DNA of 57,620 bases. It comes from a virus. Lineage: Duplodnaviria > Caudoviricetes. The notes beneath the pieces were generated by a model. That model saw only the letters and a program-made list of their open reading frames with translations, did not search any database and was not told where the DNA came from. Shown here in pieces: positions 34,977 to 44,856 of this stretch (the stretch's first letter is position 1; every line of letters starts with the position of its first letter). The position numbers were made by a program, and so were the translations under genes. Location: IMG/VR virus record IMGVR_UViG_3300031951_000180, positions 1 through 57,620 of that record, one strand, 5' to 3'.

Positions 34977-35323
34977 GAGATTTCCTCGTAGCTTCCAGTG
35001 AGGTGGATTGCGTTCTCGGCGTCGCACACCGCCTCGATCTTCTCGCCTTCCTTGAGGTAGGCGGGGTTCTCGCGGGTGATGCACAAGAGCGTCGCGTTGT
35101 CGGGCACGGCGATGCTCGCCATCATCGAATGCGTCGCCGTGCCGTCGTCGAACCGCAGGCTGATCGACGACGCCGTCGCCGTCACGTTGGCGGCCATCAA
35201 CGACGAAACCTTGATCGACTTGTTGGACGGGCAGGTCACGACCGTCAGGTTCGACGTGCCTACCGACGTGCCAATGCTTTTCAGGACAATCGAAGTCGGC
35301 GAGACGATGTTGGGAGACGGCAT
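34973..35323 (-). CDS. Tail-associated protein
   Basis: MPSPNIV...YLKEG...SYEEIS; position. Confidence 0.7.
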   Translation of the reverse strand: MPSPNIVSPTSIVLKSIGTSVGTSNLTVVTCPSNKSIKVSSLMAANVTATASSISLRFDDGTATHSMMASIAVPDNATLLCITRENPAYLKEGEKIEAVCDAENAIHLTGSYEEIS

Positions 35324-35333
35324 TTAGGCACCT

Positions 35334-36278
35334 TTAGCCAAACAGGTATGACATGGCGATCCCGCCGCCGGAGGCTGCGGTAGACGCCGAAATGATGATG
35401 CTCGACGAAGACGTCGAAACGGTCAGGCCGGAGCCGACGATCGACACGGCACCCGTGAGTCCTCCGACGCTTGACACCGGCGGCGTGGCCGACGCGACCG
35501 TGATCCCGCTCGTGGACGTCGAGACGGTAACATTGCCGCCGCCAAGAATGCTGATCGCGCCGGTCTGTCCGTTGACGCTAGCCACTGGCGGCGACGCTGA
35601 ACTGACGGTGATGCCGCTCGTCGATGTGGATACAGTGACGTTGCTGCCGCCAAGGATGTTTAGGACGCCAGTGCGCCCATTGACGCTGACGACGTTCGCG
35701 ACGCTCGTCAGGTTCGCGATGTCGGCCGCGGATAGGACGACCGTGCCGGTGCGGCCGGCGACGCTTGACACTGGTGCCGCGGCAGCCGCCACGGTGATGC
35801 CGCTCGTCGATGTGGATACAGTGACGTTGCTGCCGCCAAGGATGTTTAGGACGCCAGTGCGCCCATTGACGCTGACGACGTTCGCGACGCTCGTCAGGTT
35901 CGCGATGTCGGCCGCGGATAGGACGACCGTGCCGGTGCGGCCGGCGACGCTTGACACTGGTGCATTCGCCACCACCTTCGACTGGAAGTCGGCGATGTCG
36001 GATGCCTGGTGCGTGTGTGAGGCGGGGGCGGCAGACAATTCGCCACGAGTGATAACTACGTTGCCCGTCCTGCCGTTCACGCTGGTGACTGGCGGGTCGC
36101 GTCCTATAACTGTGAACGACCCGCTGGTCGTCGTCACCGTCATGTTGGCGCCAGCCTCGACGAGGAGCGACGGCACCTGGGCCTGCCACGCCGTGCCGAC
36201 GCCGACGTTGACCGTTTCGTTGTTGGTGATGAGCGTCGTGATCCCCGTGGAGCCGACGACGTTGACGTTGATACTCAC
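35334..36278 (-). CDS. Tail fibre with V(S/T)SVNG(R/Q)TG repeats
   Basis: Seven VxSV(N/A/G)GxTG units. Confidence 0.85.
   Translation of the reverse strand: MSINVNVVGSTGITTLITNNETVNVGVGTAWQAQVPSLLVEAGANMTVTTTSGSFTVIGRDPPVTSVNGRTGNVVITRGELSAAPASHTHQASDIADFQSKVVANAPVSSVAGRTGTVVLSAADIANLTSVANVVSVNGRTGVLNILGGSNVTVSTSTSGITVAAAAAPVSSVAGRTGTVVLSAADIANLTSVANVVSVNGRTGVLNILGGSNVTVSTSTSGITVSSASPPVASVNGQTGAISILGGGNVTVSTSTSGITVASATPPVSSVGGLTGAVSIVGSGLTVSTSSSSIIISASTAASGGGIAMSYLFG
35605..35963. repeat. Identical 173-bp direct repeat within the fibre gene (186-bp period)
   Basis: 35605-35777 equals 35791-35963. Confidence 0.9.
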
Positions 36279-36643
36279 GGGTTCACCACCGTAACTGTTC
36301 CAGACAGGACGGTTCTGGTCACCAGTGCCGGGTCAATCCACCGCATGTACCAGCGGTAGGCGATGCCAGGGGAAAGCTGGGAGGTCTGCGACTCAGAGAG
36401 GCCGAGCAAAAGCTGCCCCTGCGCGAGGTTTGTCGGGCTGACCGCAAACGTCGCCGCCGTTTCGCCGACTGTCGTGACAAAGCTTGACCCGCCGCCCCCG
36501 GCCGCGAACACATTCGTAACGTAGACCACCGTGCTGACGGTAAAGCCCGTCAGGTCGCGGTCAAAATCCAGCGCAATCGACACTTCGTCGCCCTGGACGA
36601 ACGTGATGTCAAGCGAGCCAGGAAGCTGCGTAAAGGTAGACAT
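36275..36643 (-). CDS. Tail adaptor/BppU-like Ig-fold protein
   Basis: LDITFVQGD...DLTG...TRTVLSGTVTV. Confidence 0.65.
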   Translation of the reverse strand: MSTFTQLPGSLDITFVQGDEVSIALDFDRDLTGFTVSTVVYVTNVFAAGGGGSSFVTTVGETAATFAVSPTNLAQGQLLLGLSESQTSQLSPGIAYRWYMRWIDPALVTRTVLSGTVTVVNP

Positions 36644-36703
36644 AGTAGTTTATTGTAGCATTGCGAATCAGGCGGCATGAGGCTTCCCCCGCCGACCGCT
36701 TCC

Positions 36704-37126
36704 CTAGATTGCCTTCTGGTTTTCGGCCTTCGCTCTGGCCCTGCGGCAGGCAAGTTTGACAAGCTGCGCGGCCCCAAAGTCAGTCCACGGGAGCTTGGTG
36801 CGGCCATCCGCCCGCCGTTTGCCGTGCTCGTCACGCATGACGCCGAGAATCTCTGCGAGGCCGGCGGCGGACTCGCACCAGTCGGGGCCGAGATGATTCA
36901 TTTTCGCCGCCATTGAATTGCACTCACAACCCGGCGTCGCCGTAATTCCGAGCCATTCTTCAAGAAGAGACTTGAGTTCGGTGCCTGGGCCGGGTTGGGC
37001 GAAGAAAGCACGATGCTCTCCGCAACCAGCCACTGGCGGCGTCTCGCTCCATTTGGTCGCGTGTCGGCCGCACGCGGTGCATTTCCATGCACCGCCATTG
37101 TCAACAAACGCACAAAGCTTGCTCAT
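36704..37126 (-). CDS. Cys-rich hypothetical protein
   Basis: CTACG, GPGTELK..L...GCEC...MN. Confidence 0.7.
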   Translation of the reverse strand: MSKLCAFVDNGGAWKCTACGRHATKWSETPPVAGCGEHRAFFAQPGPGTELKSLLEEWLGITATPGCECNSMAAKMNHLGPDWCESAAGLAEILGVMRDEHGKRRADGRTKLPWTDFGAAQLVKLACRRARAKAENQKAI

Positions 37127-37674
37127 GGCAGTTTGATTTCATAAGTCGCCGTGAATGGGACGCAGTTTGCTGGGGTAACTGTTCCCGTGATCGGAAAGGC
37201 GCGCGAACACAGCGCTGACGCCGGAAATGACCCGACTGACCGCCCTCCGGTGACCTCGCCTCCGAAGATCGAGTCTTGTGGGATGTAGTCGGCAACAGCA
37301 ATACTTACAGATACTCCTGGCCCGCTTATTATGAGCAATATGATGAGCTTGTAGGCGCAGCCGACGAAGCAAAAGTTATCAAAGAGCACGCACGGAGCTA
37401 GCGGCGGTTCGTTCGGAAAAAATCCCTTTGTATATACGGAGCACCCAGTTTCATCGACCGGAATAATGTAGTCGCCAACCGGATTTAGACTTATGCTGCC
37501 AAAACCGTAGCTAAATGTTTTTATCGAAAACAACAGCTCACTAGGCAGGCCAACCCCTGGCAGCGAAAACCTGTCGCACGATTTCGGGCATGGTCGGCAG
37601 CAGCAAGCATCTCCGACACTAAGCCTTCCAGGCTCTCGCACCAGAAGACCATTCCCTTTTACCGCAAGCCCCAT
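37123..37674 (-). CDS. Cys-rich, lower-GC tail-tip region protein
   Basis: ACCCRPC; position. Confidence 0.6.
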   Translation of the reverse strand: MGLAVKGNGLLVREPGRLSVGDACCCRPCPKSCDRFSLPGVGLPSELLFSIKTFSYGFGSISLNPVGDYIIPVDETGCSVYTKGFFPNEPPLAPCVLFDNFCFVGCAYKLIILLIISGPGVSVSIAVADYIPQDSIFGGEVTGGRSVGSFPASALCSRAFPITGTVTPANCVPFTATYEIKLP

Positions 37675-37687
37675 AAGTGCGCACCGA

Positions 37688-38272
37688 TTAAGAGCACGTT
37701 GTTATTGAGATGCTTAGAGAGCCACCAGTGCTGACGCCGAGCACCCTAACCAGCCGCGTGTCAAAGTTAAGCGACGCGGTGCCAAGGGTAGCGCCAACGA
37801 TCACGCCCTGTGGCGTCAGTGGAATAAAGCTGCCAAACGAAGTCGCTGTGCCGATGGCTGCAACCGGGATGGATACAAAGCTAAGGCCGCCTGTTGAGAG
37901 CGATGCCTGGTTGATGGCCGCCGCAGCGTTCCACTGCCACTGAACTAGGTGCCAATCCTTGCCATCCTTCGCAATCGCGCAGTCGCGCTCGCCGTTGTCT
38001 GGCAGACTCAGGAAGAGGTTTGTCGCAGCAACTGTGTTCGGTGTTGTGGTCTGGTACTTAAACTTCACCGACTTCGTGTCGCCCATGCTCCACGCGCCGG
38101 TGTATGTGCAGATGCGGAAAGACTTCCCGCCACCGCCACCCGGCATCATTTCCTGATGCACAACCTGCGACTTCACCCCACGCTCCCGATCCATCATCCC
38201 GTCAACCCGCGTGATCGTTTCACGCAGTTTGTCGCGGAGGCCGGGGCCGATGAAGTAGCGTTCTTGGGACAT
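37688..38272 (-). CDS. Minor tail protein
   Basis: Position after the tape measure; T/S/G-rich. Confidence 0.65.
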   Translation of the reverse strand: MSQERYFIGPGLRDKLRETITRVDGMMDRERGVKSQVVHQEMMPGGGGGKSFRICTYTGAWSMGDTKSVKFKYQTTTPNTVAATNLFLSLPDNGERDCAIAKDGKDWHLVQWQWNAAAAINQASLSTGGLSFVSIPVAAIGTATSFGSFIPLTPQGVIVGATLGTASLNFDTRLVRVLGVSTGGSLSISITTCS

Positions 38273-38280
38273 GGAGGGTA

Positions 38281-39402
38281 TTAGCCAAGCCTAAGATTCA
38301 GCGTCGTCTTAAAGTCGATCTCTTCAGTCACCTTGTATCGCTTTACGATGACTTTTGGGGTCGCGGTGCTTGACCTTGGCGTCCCGTCGTCATTCAGCGG
38401 GATCGGCTGGGCGCACGGCAACTGCGAAGCGCCGCCTGATTCATAGGAGTGAACAAGAATCATGCCGCGAACCTTGCGGTTATTGGTTCCTGGCGCGAGG
38501 CTGGGGTCGTCGGGCCAGTCTTTGATTTTGTAGTCCTCGTGCTCAAGCAGCAGGCTGCCAATCTCGTGAATGCCGCCGCCTAGGGCCTCGTCTTTGTTGA
38601 TGATGTTCAATCCAGTCTGCGGCACGGCGATATCCCATCCGATGTCGGCGGTCTGGTTGTCGCTTTCCCCCAGCCGAAGCCCGGCTATGCGGTTTAGCCG
38701 AAACGCAAACTCATAGCTGACAGCCCACCCGCGGTACAAGATGTCGCCGTACTGCTCAACGAACGGCCTAGCTTGAACGCTCCTCAGCATGACCGTCCTT
38801 CGCGGGCACGAGAGCGACCCGATGTCTATGACATTTTCGTTTGTTTTGCCGACGTGCATGACGTGCCTCGTCGGGTCAATCAGCTCCTGCTGCTCCACTG
38901 TAATCGTAACGACCGGCTCGAGCTTTGTGACGCCGTCGTACATATCGCCGCATGGATTTGCGGCAGGCTCCTCCGGCTCAAAGTCGCCGCCCTCATTAAC
39001 GACCTCTGCCCAGGAATACGCTGGCACCTCCACCATCGACGATGAAATTGACCAGTTTGCAGGCCGTATCTGAGGATTTGTCGATAGTCGCCCGCCACCA
39101 CCACCGCCGGAGCCACCGCCCTCGCCCCCCCACGCCACGTCGGCCGTGTAGGTGAACGTGGCGATGAGCACCATCCGGCTCTCGCCTTCGTACTGACCTT
39201 GAAAGTCGGTGCAGACGAGATACGTCTCCCTCGGGTGCGGCGACCCAGCTAGCACGTTGCACGCCGCTTGGAGATCGACGTATTCGCCTGGCGAACTGAG
39301 CAGAATGCGAAACACGCGGGTCAGCGACGCGCCTACGCCGCCTTCTGACGCCGTAAACTGGAACTGCTGCCCTGGTGTTATTTCGCTTACAAGACGCGGC
39401 AT
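38281..39402 (-). CDS. Minor tail protein (distal tail/hub candidate)
   Basis: Position, 373 aa. Confidence 0.7.
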   Translation of the reverse strand: MPRLVSEITPGQQFQFTASEGGVGASLTRVFRILLSSPGEYVDLQAACNVLAGSPHPRETYLVCTDFQGQYEGESRMVLIATFTYTADVAWGGEGGGSGGGGGGRLSTNPQIRPANWSISSSMVEVPAYSWAEVVNEGGDFEPEEPAANPCGDMYDGVTKLEPVVTITVEQQELIDPTRHVMHVGKTNENVIDIGSLSCPRRTVMLRSVQARPFVEQYGDILYRGWAVSYEFAFRLNRIAGLRLGESDNQTADIGWDIAVPQTGLNIINKDEALGGGIHEIGSLLLEHEDYKIKDWPDDPSLAPGTNNRKVRGMILVHSYESGGASQLPCAQPIPLNDDGTPRSSTATPKVIVKRYKVTEEIDFKTTLNLRLG

Positions 39403-39407
39403 GGTGC

Positions 39408-39776
39408 CTACCCTTCCGTAATGTCAACGCGCAGGCGGGCGCCAGAAGAACCGATCGCTTGGTACGAAGAACCAGCCGACAGCCGCATGATTGCCGGCTC
39501 GCCGGCCCGCAGTGTCGCGAACGGGACGAATGAGCCACCTGCGGAGATTCCGATCTGAACCGTCGCTGACGCTGCCGTGGAAATGTTCCGCATGAACGCA
39601 ACGCCAGCCTGAGACAGGTTTGCCGTCGAGATGCTGACGGCTTCCGCCGAGAGCGTGTAGGTGTCGCTCTTTAGGCCAGAATTGCTCATCGACGCAGTGA
39701 CGCCGTTGGCCTGGATGTTGCTTGACAGGAAGTCCTTGGAAACATTCAGCGAAATGTTGTACGTGATGTCTGGCAT
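39408..39776 (-). CDS. Virion protein
   Basis: AGGAG RBS; follows the tape measure. Confidence 0.7.
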   Translation of the reverse strand: MPDITYNISLNVSKDFLSSNIQANGVTASMSNSGLKSDTYTLSAEAVSISTANLSQAGVAFMRNISTAASATVQIGISAGGSFVPFATLRAGEPAIMRLSAGSSYQAIGSSGARLRVDITEG

Positions 39777-39785
39777 TGCATCTCC

Positions 39786-42700
39786 TTACTTGAGGTCTAC
39801 TACGACCCCCATCTTTTGCTCGACCTTAGTCATTACCTCAATGATCTTGATGAGGCTTTGGTTCTGCCTCTCAAGCTGGGCGATGTTGACGTTCCTCGCC
39901 GCATCGTCGCCACGAAGCAGTCGCGTCAACTCCCGTGACCCTTCGGCCTGGGAGACGTCGGCGACGTTGAGTGCCGCGCGGGACGGGCCTTGCGCGGCCG
40001 CGTTTTGGACGGCGTCGAAGAGTTCGGCGATGGCTGGGGCAAGCCCGCGGGCCGTGGCGCTTGCGGCTTCGCTCGCAGCGATTGTGAGCTGATCTAGGTT
40101 GATCGCGCCAGCGTCGAACGCCGCACTTAGGTCGTTGAGCGTTCTCTGGAGAGCCTCGCCTGCTTGCTGCGCTGGCGTGATCGCAGCCTCCATGCCACGG
40201 CGCACGGCGTCTTGGTTCTGGTTGAAGTCTTGGTTGCGAACGTCGTTTGCGTCCGCCTGCTGGCGAAGCCGCTGGACGTCGGGCGTCGCCTCTGCGAGCT
40301 GCCGCAGGCGGCGGCGGTTGCCTTCAAGCTCGGGCCGCAGGCGATCCTGCTCCTGGGCCTCGACCGGCGTGCGAGGCAGCTTCGCCAGCGTCGCCTCAAG
40401 CTCTTGAATGCGGCGGGCGAGGGCGGCCGCTTCCGGGTCGCCGCGGCCAGCGCGGGCCTGCCCCTCAAACTGCCTAATGATTCGCTGCTCTTCGGCAACG
40501 ATCCTCTGCCGCTCCTGCTCGGTTCGGCGAGCCTCCGCTTCGGCCTCCTGCTGCTGGCGGCGAGCTACCTGCGCCCTCGGATCGTTCGGGCCGAACTCTG
40601 CCTCGGCTGCATTCGCCGCCCGCCGCTGCGATACGGCTCGGCTGCTGGCCTCCTGCTCGACGGCGCGGGCGAGGTCGGTGGCCGCCGACTGCAAGGCGTC
40701 AAAGAAGGCCCGTGCCTGCTCGGCCGCCTGCTCAAGGATCACCTCGACGGCATTGACTTGCTGAAGCTTGTTGTTGAATTCCTCAAACGAGATCGCACCG
40801 CTGGACACGGCGTTCTCAAGTCGCTCAATCTGCTGCCTGAGAATCTGGCTCGCGGCGTCCACCTGTGAAACGCCGTCGATCCCCTGCGTCCTGTCTTGGA
40901 TGCGGTTTAGGCCGCCGACGATCGACTGGCTGCGTTCGGCCCCAAGCCTGGCCGATGCGTCGGCAAGCCGCGAAATCGTGTTCTCGATGACGGCGAGTTC
41001 GCGGGCGAGGCGGCTGACTTCAGCCTCGTCGCCACGGCGAGCCGCCGCGTTGATGTCTCGCTGCACAGTCTCGCGCGGGCCGCCTCGCCCAAGAAGCGCG
41101 CGCCGGGCGCCGTCGATGCCACCGCGACCCTGAATGAGAGCGTCGGCGTTCTCTGCGCCGCGCCGCTCGATATCGTCGATCTCGCGGCGCGCGGCGAGGT
41201 CGGCGGCGTTGCGTCGCTCGATGAGGCGGCGACGAGTGGCGGCGTTCTGCTCCGTCTCAAGCTGCCGATCAATCTCCGCGATCCGGCCGCGCTGCTGGGC
41301 GATCTGCGGGCTATTGGCCTCGATGGCGGCGCGGCGGCGCTCTTCTTGCTGCCGCTGGACGGCGTCGATCTGCTCCCGTTGCTGGCGCTCGTTCCTGAAC
41401 CGCTCCGGCTCGCCGGCCTCGGCGATTGACTTCGCCAGGTCGCGGTACACGTCGCGGAGTTGCTCGGCGAGTTGCCGCTGACGCTCCAGGGCGGAATTCG
41501 TCGAAGAGAGGGCGTCCTTCAGCTCCCGCTGCCGCTTCTCGGCGTCTTCGGTGACGCCACTCCACCTGATGATGGCGGCGACAAGCTGGGCGCCGATGGC
41601 GACTGAGATGCCCGTGATGAGGCCGGTCGTGCCGCCGAGCACGAAGCCGAGCTGCGAGATGTTATTGCCGGCAGCGCGGATGCGCTGGTCAAGGCCGCCT
41701 GTGACCGAGAAGAAGTCTTCAATGGCGAACGCTGCCTGCTGGACGCCGAGGCTCAAGTTGGCAAAGCCTTGGCGGCCGACGTCGCCAGCGCGAGCGACGG
41801 TTCGGCCAAGTGCTGCTGGACTCAAGCCACTGGCTACGGCGGTTGCTCGCGTCGCATCAGCGAGAAGCCGCTGGATTTGCAGGCGCGCTGCCTCAGTGTC
41901 AATGGTTCCTCGCCGCATCTGCTCTGAAATCACAGCGCCTAGCCGAGCGATAGCGGCCACGGCTGGGCCGCGGGCTTGCCCAGAAACCCTCGCCAGTTCG
42001 CCCTGAAGAATCTGAACCTGCGCCGTGTACCCGCGAAGTTGCTGCGTCTGAAGCGTGCCGATGATTGCGTCGCGACTGCCGAATGAGCGGCGGAAATTCA
42101 GCGCCTCGGATGCGCGGCCCGCTTCCCTAGTGAGTTGGAGCAATCGCTGGCGGGCAATGTCGATCGCGACGGCAGACTGGTTCGGCGCGGCGGCAAGCCT
42201 GCGGAATTCAGCCTCGGCAGACGCGATCGCTGGGATGAACTGCTGACGGAGGCCGGCAGGAAGTTGGTCGATCTGGCCTTTTACTGAAACGATGCCGGAG
42301 CGGAGTGCGTCAAGTTGGCGCTGCGGGTCATTGATGGCCGCACCCAAGTCGAATTGCGGCGGTATCGTTGGCGGCCCAAACGTGCCGGTGGCGTTTCCTG
42401 CCGTCGCGGAAGCTGCTGCGGCGTTTCCGGTGATCGTTCTTGCCCGCCCAGCCAGCGTCGTGATTGCCTGGTTGCGTAGCGTGCCTTCTGGGATGCTCGA
42501 CAAGGCGAGTATGTCGCCGCGCAGCCGCTGAAGCTCGTCTCCGAGGTCTACGCCAGCGAGCGTATTGCCGAGTTTTCTCACAGCCGCGTCGGCGTCTCGT
42601 GAGGCGACGGCGAGAAGCTGCATCGGGTCGCTCGGTTCGCCGATTGCGTCAGCGATCCCTGCCAGCTTCGCCTTAAATGAATCAAGGCGGCGGGAGGCGT

Positions 42701-43838
42701 CAGCGACGTCTACGTTGACCTGAATGGCCGTCTCGGCTGCCGACCGAAGCGCGGCGATCTTCTTCCTGGCCTCGTCAAGATTGCCGCTCGCGGCTGCGTC
42801 CAGAGCCTCGACAGCGAGCGGCTGAATCCTTGCGTTCTGAGCATTGGTTAGGCGATCGCGCAACGCAAGGACTCGCTGAAGCTCGTCTTGCATCTGCCTT
42901 GCGTTCTGGAAGTCACCAGTGATCCTAAACTCTTCCGCTGCCCTAATCTGAGCGATGGCTTCTTGAATAGTGTCAAGGTCTTTCTTCGCCTTCTCAGCGT
43001 CGATGAATAGCTGGTACTTCTGATTCAGCCTTGCGATGGTTCGCTCGAGTACGGCATTGAGCCTTTCGTAGTCCTGCTGCGCGGCCTGCGCCTCAGAGCC
43101 TCCGAACGCGCCTTTGACGCGGGCAGCGGCAGCTACGGCCAGCTCAGAGACGCGGTTGATCTGCGCCGTTAGTTGGGCAATCTGCGGATCGGACTCGATG
43201 ACTCGCTGAGGCAGGGCCACCGCTCGCTGGCCGGCAGTGGCCGCGGCGTTCAGATTCGCCGACAGCCTAGGGTCGCTGAATGCCAGCTCCCGCCCAGTGG
43301 GCAGTGCAGAAACCCTCTGCGACGCCTCGGCGAGCTGCCTAATCGAGGCTATGGTCTGATTGACCTGTGCCGTGACAGCGCGAAAGCCGGCCTCGCCGCC
43401 ATCAGTGGCCGTCTGAACGGTATCCCTGACGCGAATCAGTTCAGCCTGCGTCCGCGACAACGCGCTGCCAAACCCCTGCTGCACTGAAAGCGCCAAGCCG
43501 TCGAACTGCTTCGTCGCCGCTCCCAGCGGCGTCGCCAACTGTCTTGCCGCTAGGGCGAGCTGCTCAACCGTCCTAATCTGCTCCTTCAGTTCTGGCGTAT
43601 TGCCAAGGTTGAAGTCGGCTCGCCTTGACGCCTCCAGCGCCCGCTGGAGCTTCTGAAACGGCGTGAAGATGTTGTCGAACGACTTGCCGGCGTCCCGCGT
43701 CGCCTGCTCGATCGCGCGTCGCATCCCCTGTGCATAGGTCTGCGCTTCTTTGCCAGAGCGATTAAACGCCCGCGAAGCGTCAGCGGTATTCACCGTGACG
43801 ATCGCGGAAATCTTGCCGATGTAACCCCTACCGCTCAT
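39786..43838 (-). CDS. Tape measure protein
   Basis: 1350 aa, Ala/Gln/Arg helical, IGKISAIVTVNT N-terminus, follows the chaperones. Confidence 0.9.
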   Translation of the reverse strand: MSGRGYIGKISAIVTVNTADASRAFNRSGKEAQTYAQGMRRAIEQATRDAGKSFDNIFTPFQKLQRALEASRRADFNLGNTPELKEQIRTVEQLALAARQLATPLGAATKQFDGLALSVQQGFGSALSRTQAELIRVRDTVQTATDGGEAGFRAVTAQVNQTIASIRQLAEASQRVSALPTGRELAFSDPRLSANLNAAATAGQRAVALPQRVIESDPQIAQLTAQINRVSELAVAAAARVKGAFGGSEAQAAQQDYERLNAVLERTIARLNQKYQLFIDAEKAKKDLDTIQEAIAQIRAAEEFRITGDFQNARQMQDELQRVLALRDRLTNAQNARIQPLAVEALDAAASGNLDEARKKIAALRSAAETAIQVNVDVADASRRLDSFKAKLAGIADAIGEPSDPMQLLAVASRDADAAVRKLGNTLAGVDLGDELQRLRGDILALSSIPEGTLRNQAITTLAGRARTITGNAAAASATAGNATGTFGPPTIPPQFDLGAAINDPQRQLDALRSGIVSVKGQIDQLPAGLRQQFIPAIASAEAEFRRLAAAPNQSAVAIDIARQRLLQLTREAGRASEALNFRRSFGSRDAIIGTLQTQQLRGYTAQVQILQGELARVSGQARGPAVAAIARLGAVISEQMRRGTIDTEAARLQIQRLLADATRATAVASGLSPAALGRTVARAGDVGRQGFANLSLGVQQAAFAIEDFFSVTGGLDQRIRAAGNNISQLGFVLGGTTGLITGISVAIGAQLVAAIIRWSGVTEDAEKRQRELKDALSSTNSALERQRQLAEQLRDVYRDLAKSIAEAGEPERFRNERQQREQIDAVQRQQEERRRAAIEANSPQIAQQRGRIAEIDRQLETEQNAATRRRLIERRNAADLAARREIDDIERRGAENADALIQGRGGIDGARRALLGRGGPRETVQRDINAAARRGDEAEVSRLARELAVIENTISRLADASARLGAERSQSIVGGLNRIQDRTQGIDGVSQVDAASQILRQQIERLENAVSSGAISFEEFNNKLQQVNAVEVILEQAAEQARAFFDALQSAATDLARAVEQEASSRAVSQRRAANAAEAEFGPNDPRAQVARRQQQEAEAEARRTEQERQRIVAEEQRIIRQFEGQARAGRGDPEAAALARRIQELEATLAKLPRTPVEAQEQDRLRPELEGNRRRLRQLAEATPDVQRLRQQADANDVRNQDFNQNQDAVRRGMEAAITPAQQAGEALQRTLNDLSAAFDAGAINLDQLTIAASEAASATARGLAPAIAELFDAVQNAAAQGPSRAALNVADVSQAEGSRELTRLLRGDDAARNVNIAQLERQNQSLIKIIEVMTKVEQKMGVVVDLK

Positions 43839-43841
43839 TGC

Positions 43842-44156
43842 TCATCCTTGAGGCTGCTGGAGCTTCATCAGCTCGTTGAGCATTTCCGCCTGCGTCTGCT
43901 CCGCCTTCTTGCTCGCCGGAATAAAGACCTTTTCCTCCGGCAACTTCTTGTAGTTGCCGGAGGCCGCCATGATCGTTCTCGCCAACCTCGCCGTCTGCCA
44001 CCACGGGTCAGGGAGAGGCCACCGCTGGTCGAAGGCAATCCACTCGGACAGCTCCTCGGAATCCAGCGAATCAAGCAACTCCCTAACCGTCTTGCCCAGA
44101 GCCAGCGCTAACCTGAAGAGGAAGCGTCGCTCGGGGCGTTTTGCGAACCTTCCCCC
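43842..44156 (-). CDS. Tail assembly chaperone -1 frameshift extension (gpT-like)
   Basis: The -1 frame from GGGGGAA reads RFAKRPERRFLFRLALALGKTVRELLDSLDSEELSEW. Confidence 0.8.
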   Translation of the reverse strand, partial: GGRFAKRPERRFLFRLALALGKTVRELLDSLDSEELSEWIAFDQRWPLPDPWWQTARLARTIMAASGNYKKLPEEKVFIPASKKAEQTQAEMLNELMKLQQPQG

Positions 44157-44482
44157 AAGGCATCAACTGCCTCCTGAGTGAAGGCGTTGAGTTTCCATGC
44201 CGCGTCGAACACGCGATTGATCTCGACACTCGACCGCTCGCCCAGCGCGTCCATATCGGAGTCGGCGAGGATCGGCTTCCCCTCCTCGTCGCAGAGCGTA
44301 AGCACGAGGAACCGCAGGCGGAAGTTCTTCATCTTCTCCTGCGAATACGCCTCCTCGAACTGCTCGCGGGCCTTGCCGCTGATGACGCGGAGGTAGTACG
44401 TCCCGCCCCAGGCGGGGATGTCGATCGCCTCGACCTTGATGTCGTTGGCGTTCAGAAGCCGCTTACGAAGATCAACTGCCAT
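44108..44482 (-). CDS. Tail assembly chaperone (gpG-like)
   Basis: IPAWGG..YLRVISG...LCDEEG...RVFDAAWKLN. Confidence 0.85.
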   Translation of the reverse strand: MAVDLRKRLLNANDIKVEAIDIPAWGGTYYLRVISGKAREQFEEAYSQEKMKNFRLRFLVLTLCDEEGKPILADSDMDALGERSSVEINRVFDAAWKLNAFTQEAVDALGEGSQNAPSDASSSG

Positions 44483-44492
44483 TTACTTGCTC

Positions 44493-44852
44493 CTACGCGA
44501 AGTCCGTTGGTTTCAGTTTGAATCTCAATCGCAGCAGCTCGCCAACGCGACCCTCTGCTGACGCGGATTCACAAATCACGTTCCTCGTGACAGTTCCGAG
44601 AGGCGTGGCAAACACTGCTGCGCCAGCGACTCCGATAAAAGTTTTTGGGTCAGCGAATCCAAATGCTTCGACGTCGATGCTTCCCGTGTCCGTGTATCCA
44701 CCCGTAGCAACCAGCACCCTGTGGCTCACAGGAGCACCGCCTGGCGTCATATCAACGATCTCGGCTGTCGGCCCCTCGACGGACACTGATGTCACGTCGA
44801 AGGTTGTTCCGGCGAAGCTAAATGTCGAGTTGTGCGACAGTGAGAACGGCAT
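44493..44852 (-). CDS. Tail tube-like protein, paralogue 3
   Basis: STFSFAG...VGELLR..FKL. Confidence 0.65.
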   Translation of the reverse strand: MPFSLSHNSTFSFAGTTFDVTSVSVEGPTAEIVDMTPGGAPVSHRVLVATGGYTDTGSIDVEAFGFADPKTFIGVAGAAVFATPLGTVTRNVICESASAEGRVGELLRLRFKLKPTDFA

Positions 44853-44856
44853 TCGG

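Noticed and set aside
35605-35963. Diversity-generating retroelement TR/VR pair
   Set aside because: Copies are identical with no adenine-specific differences, and no reverse transcriptase is present
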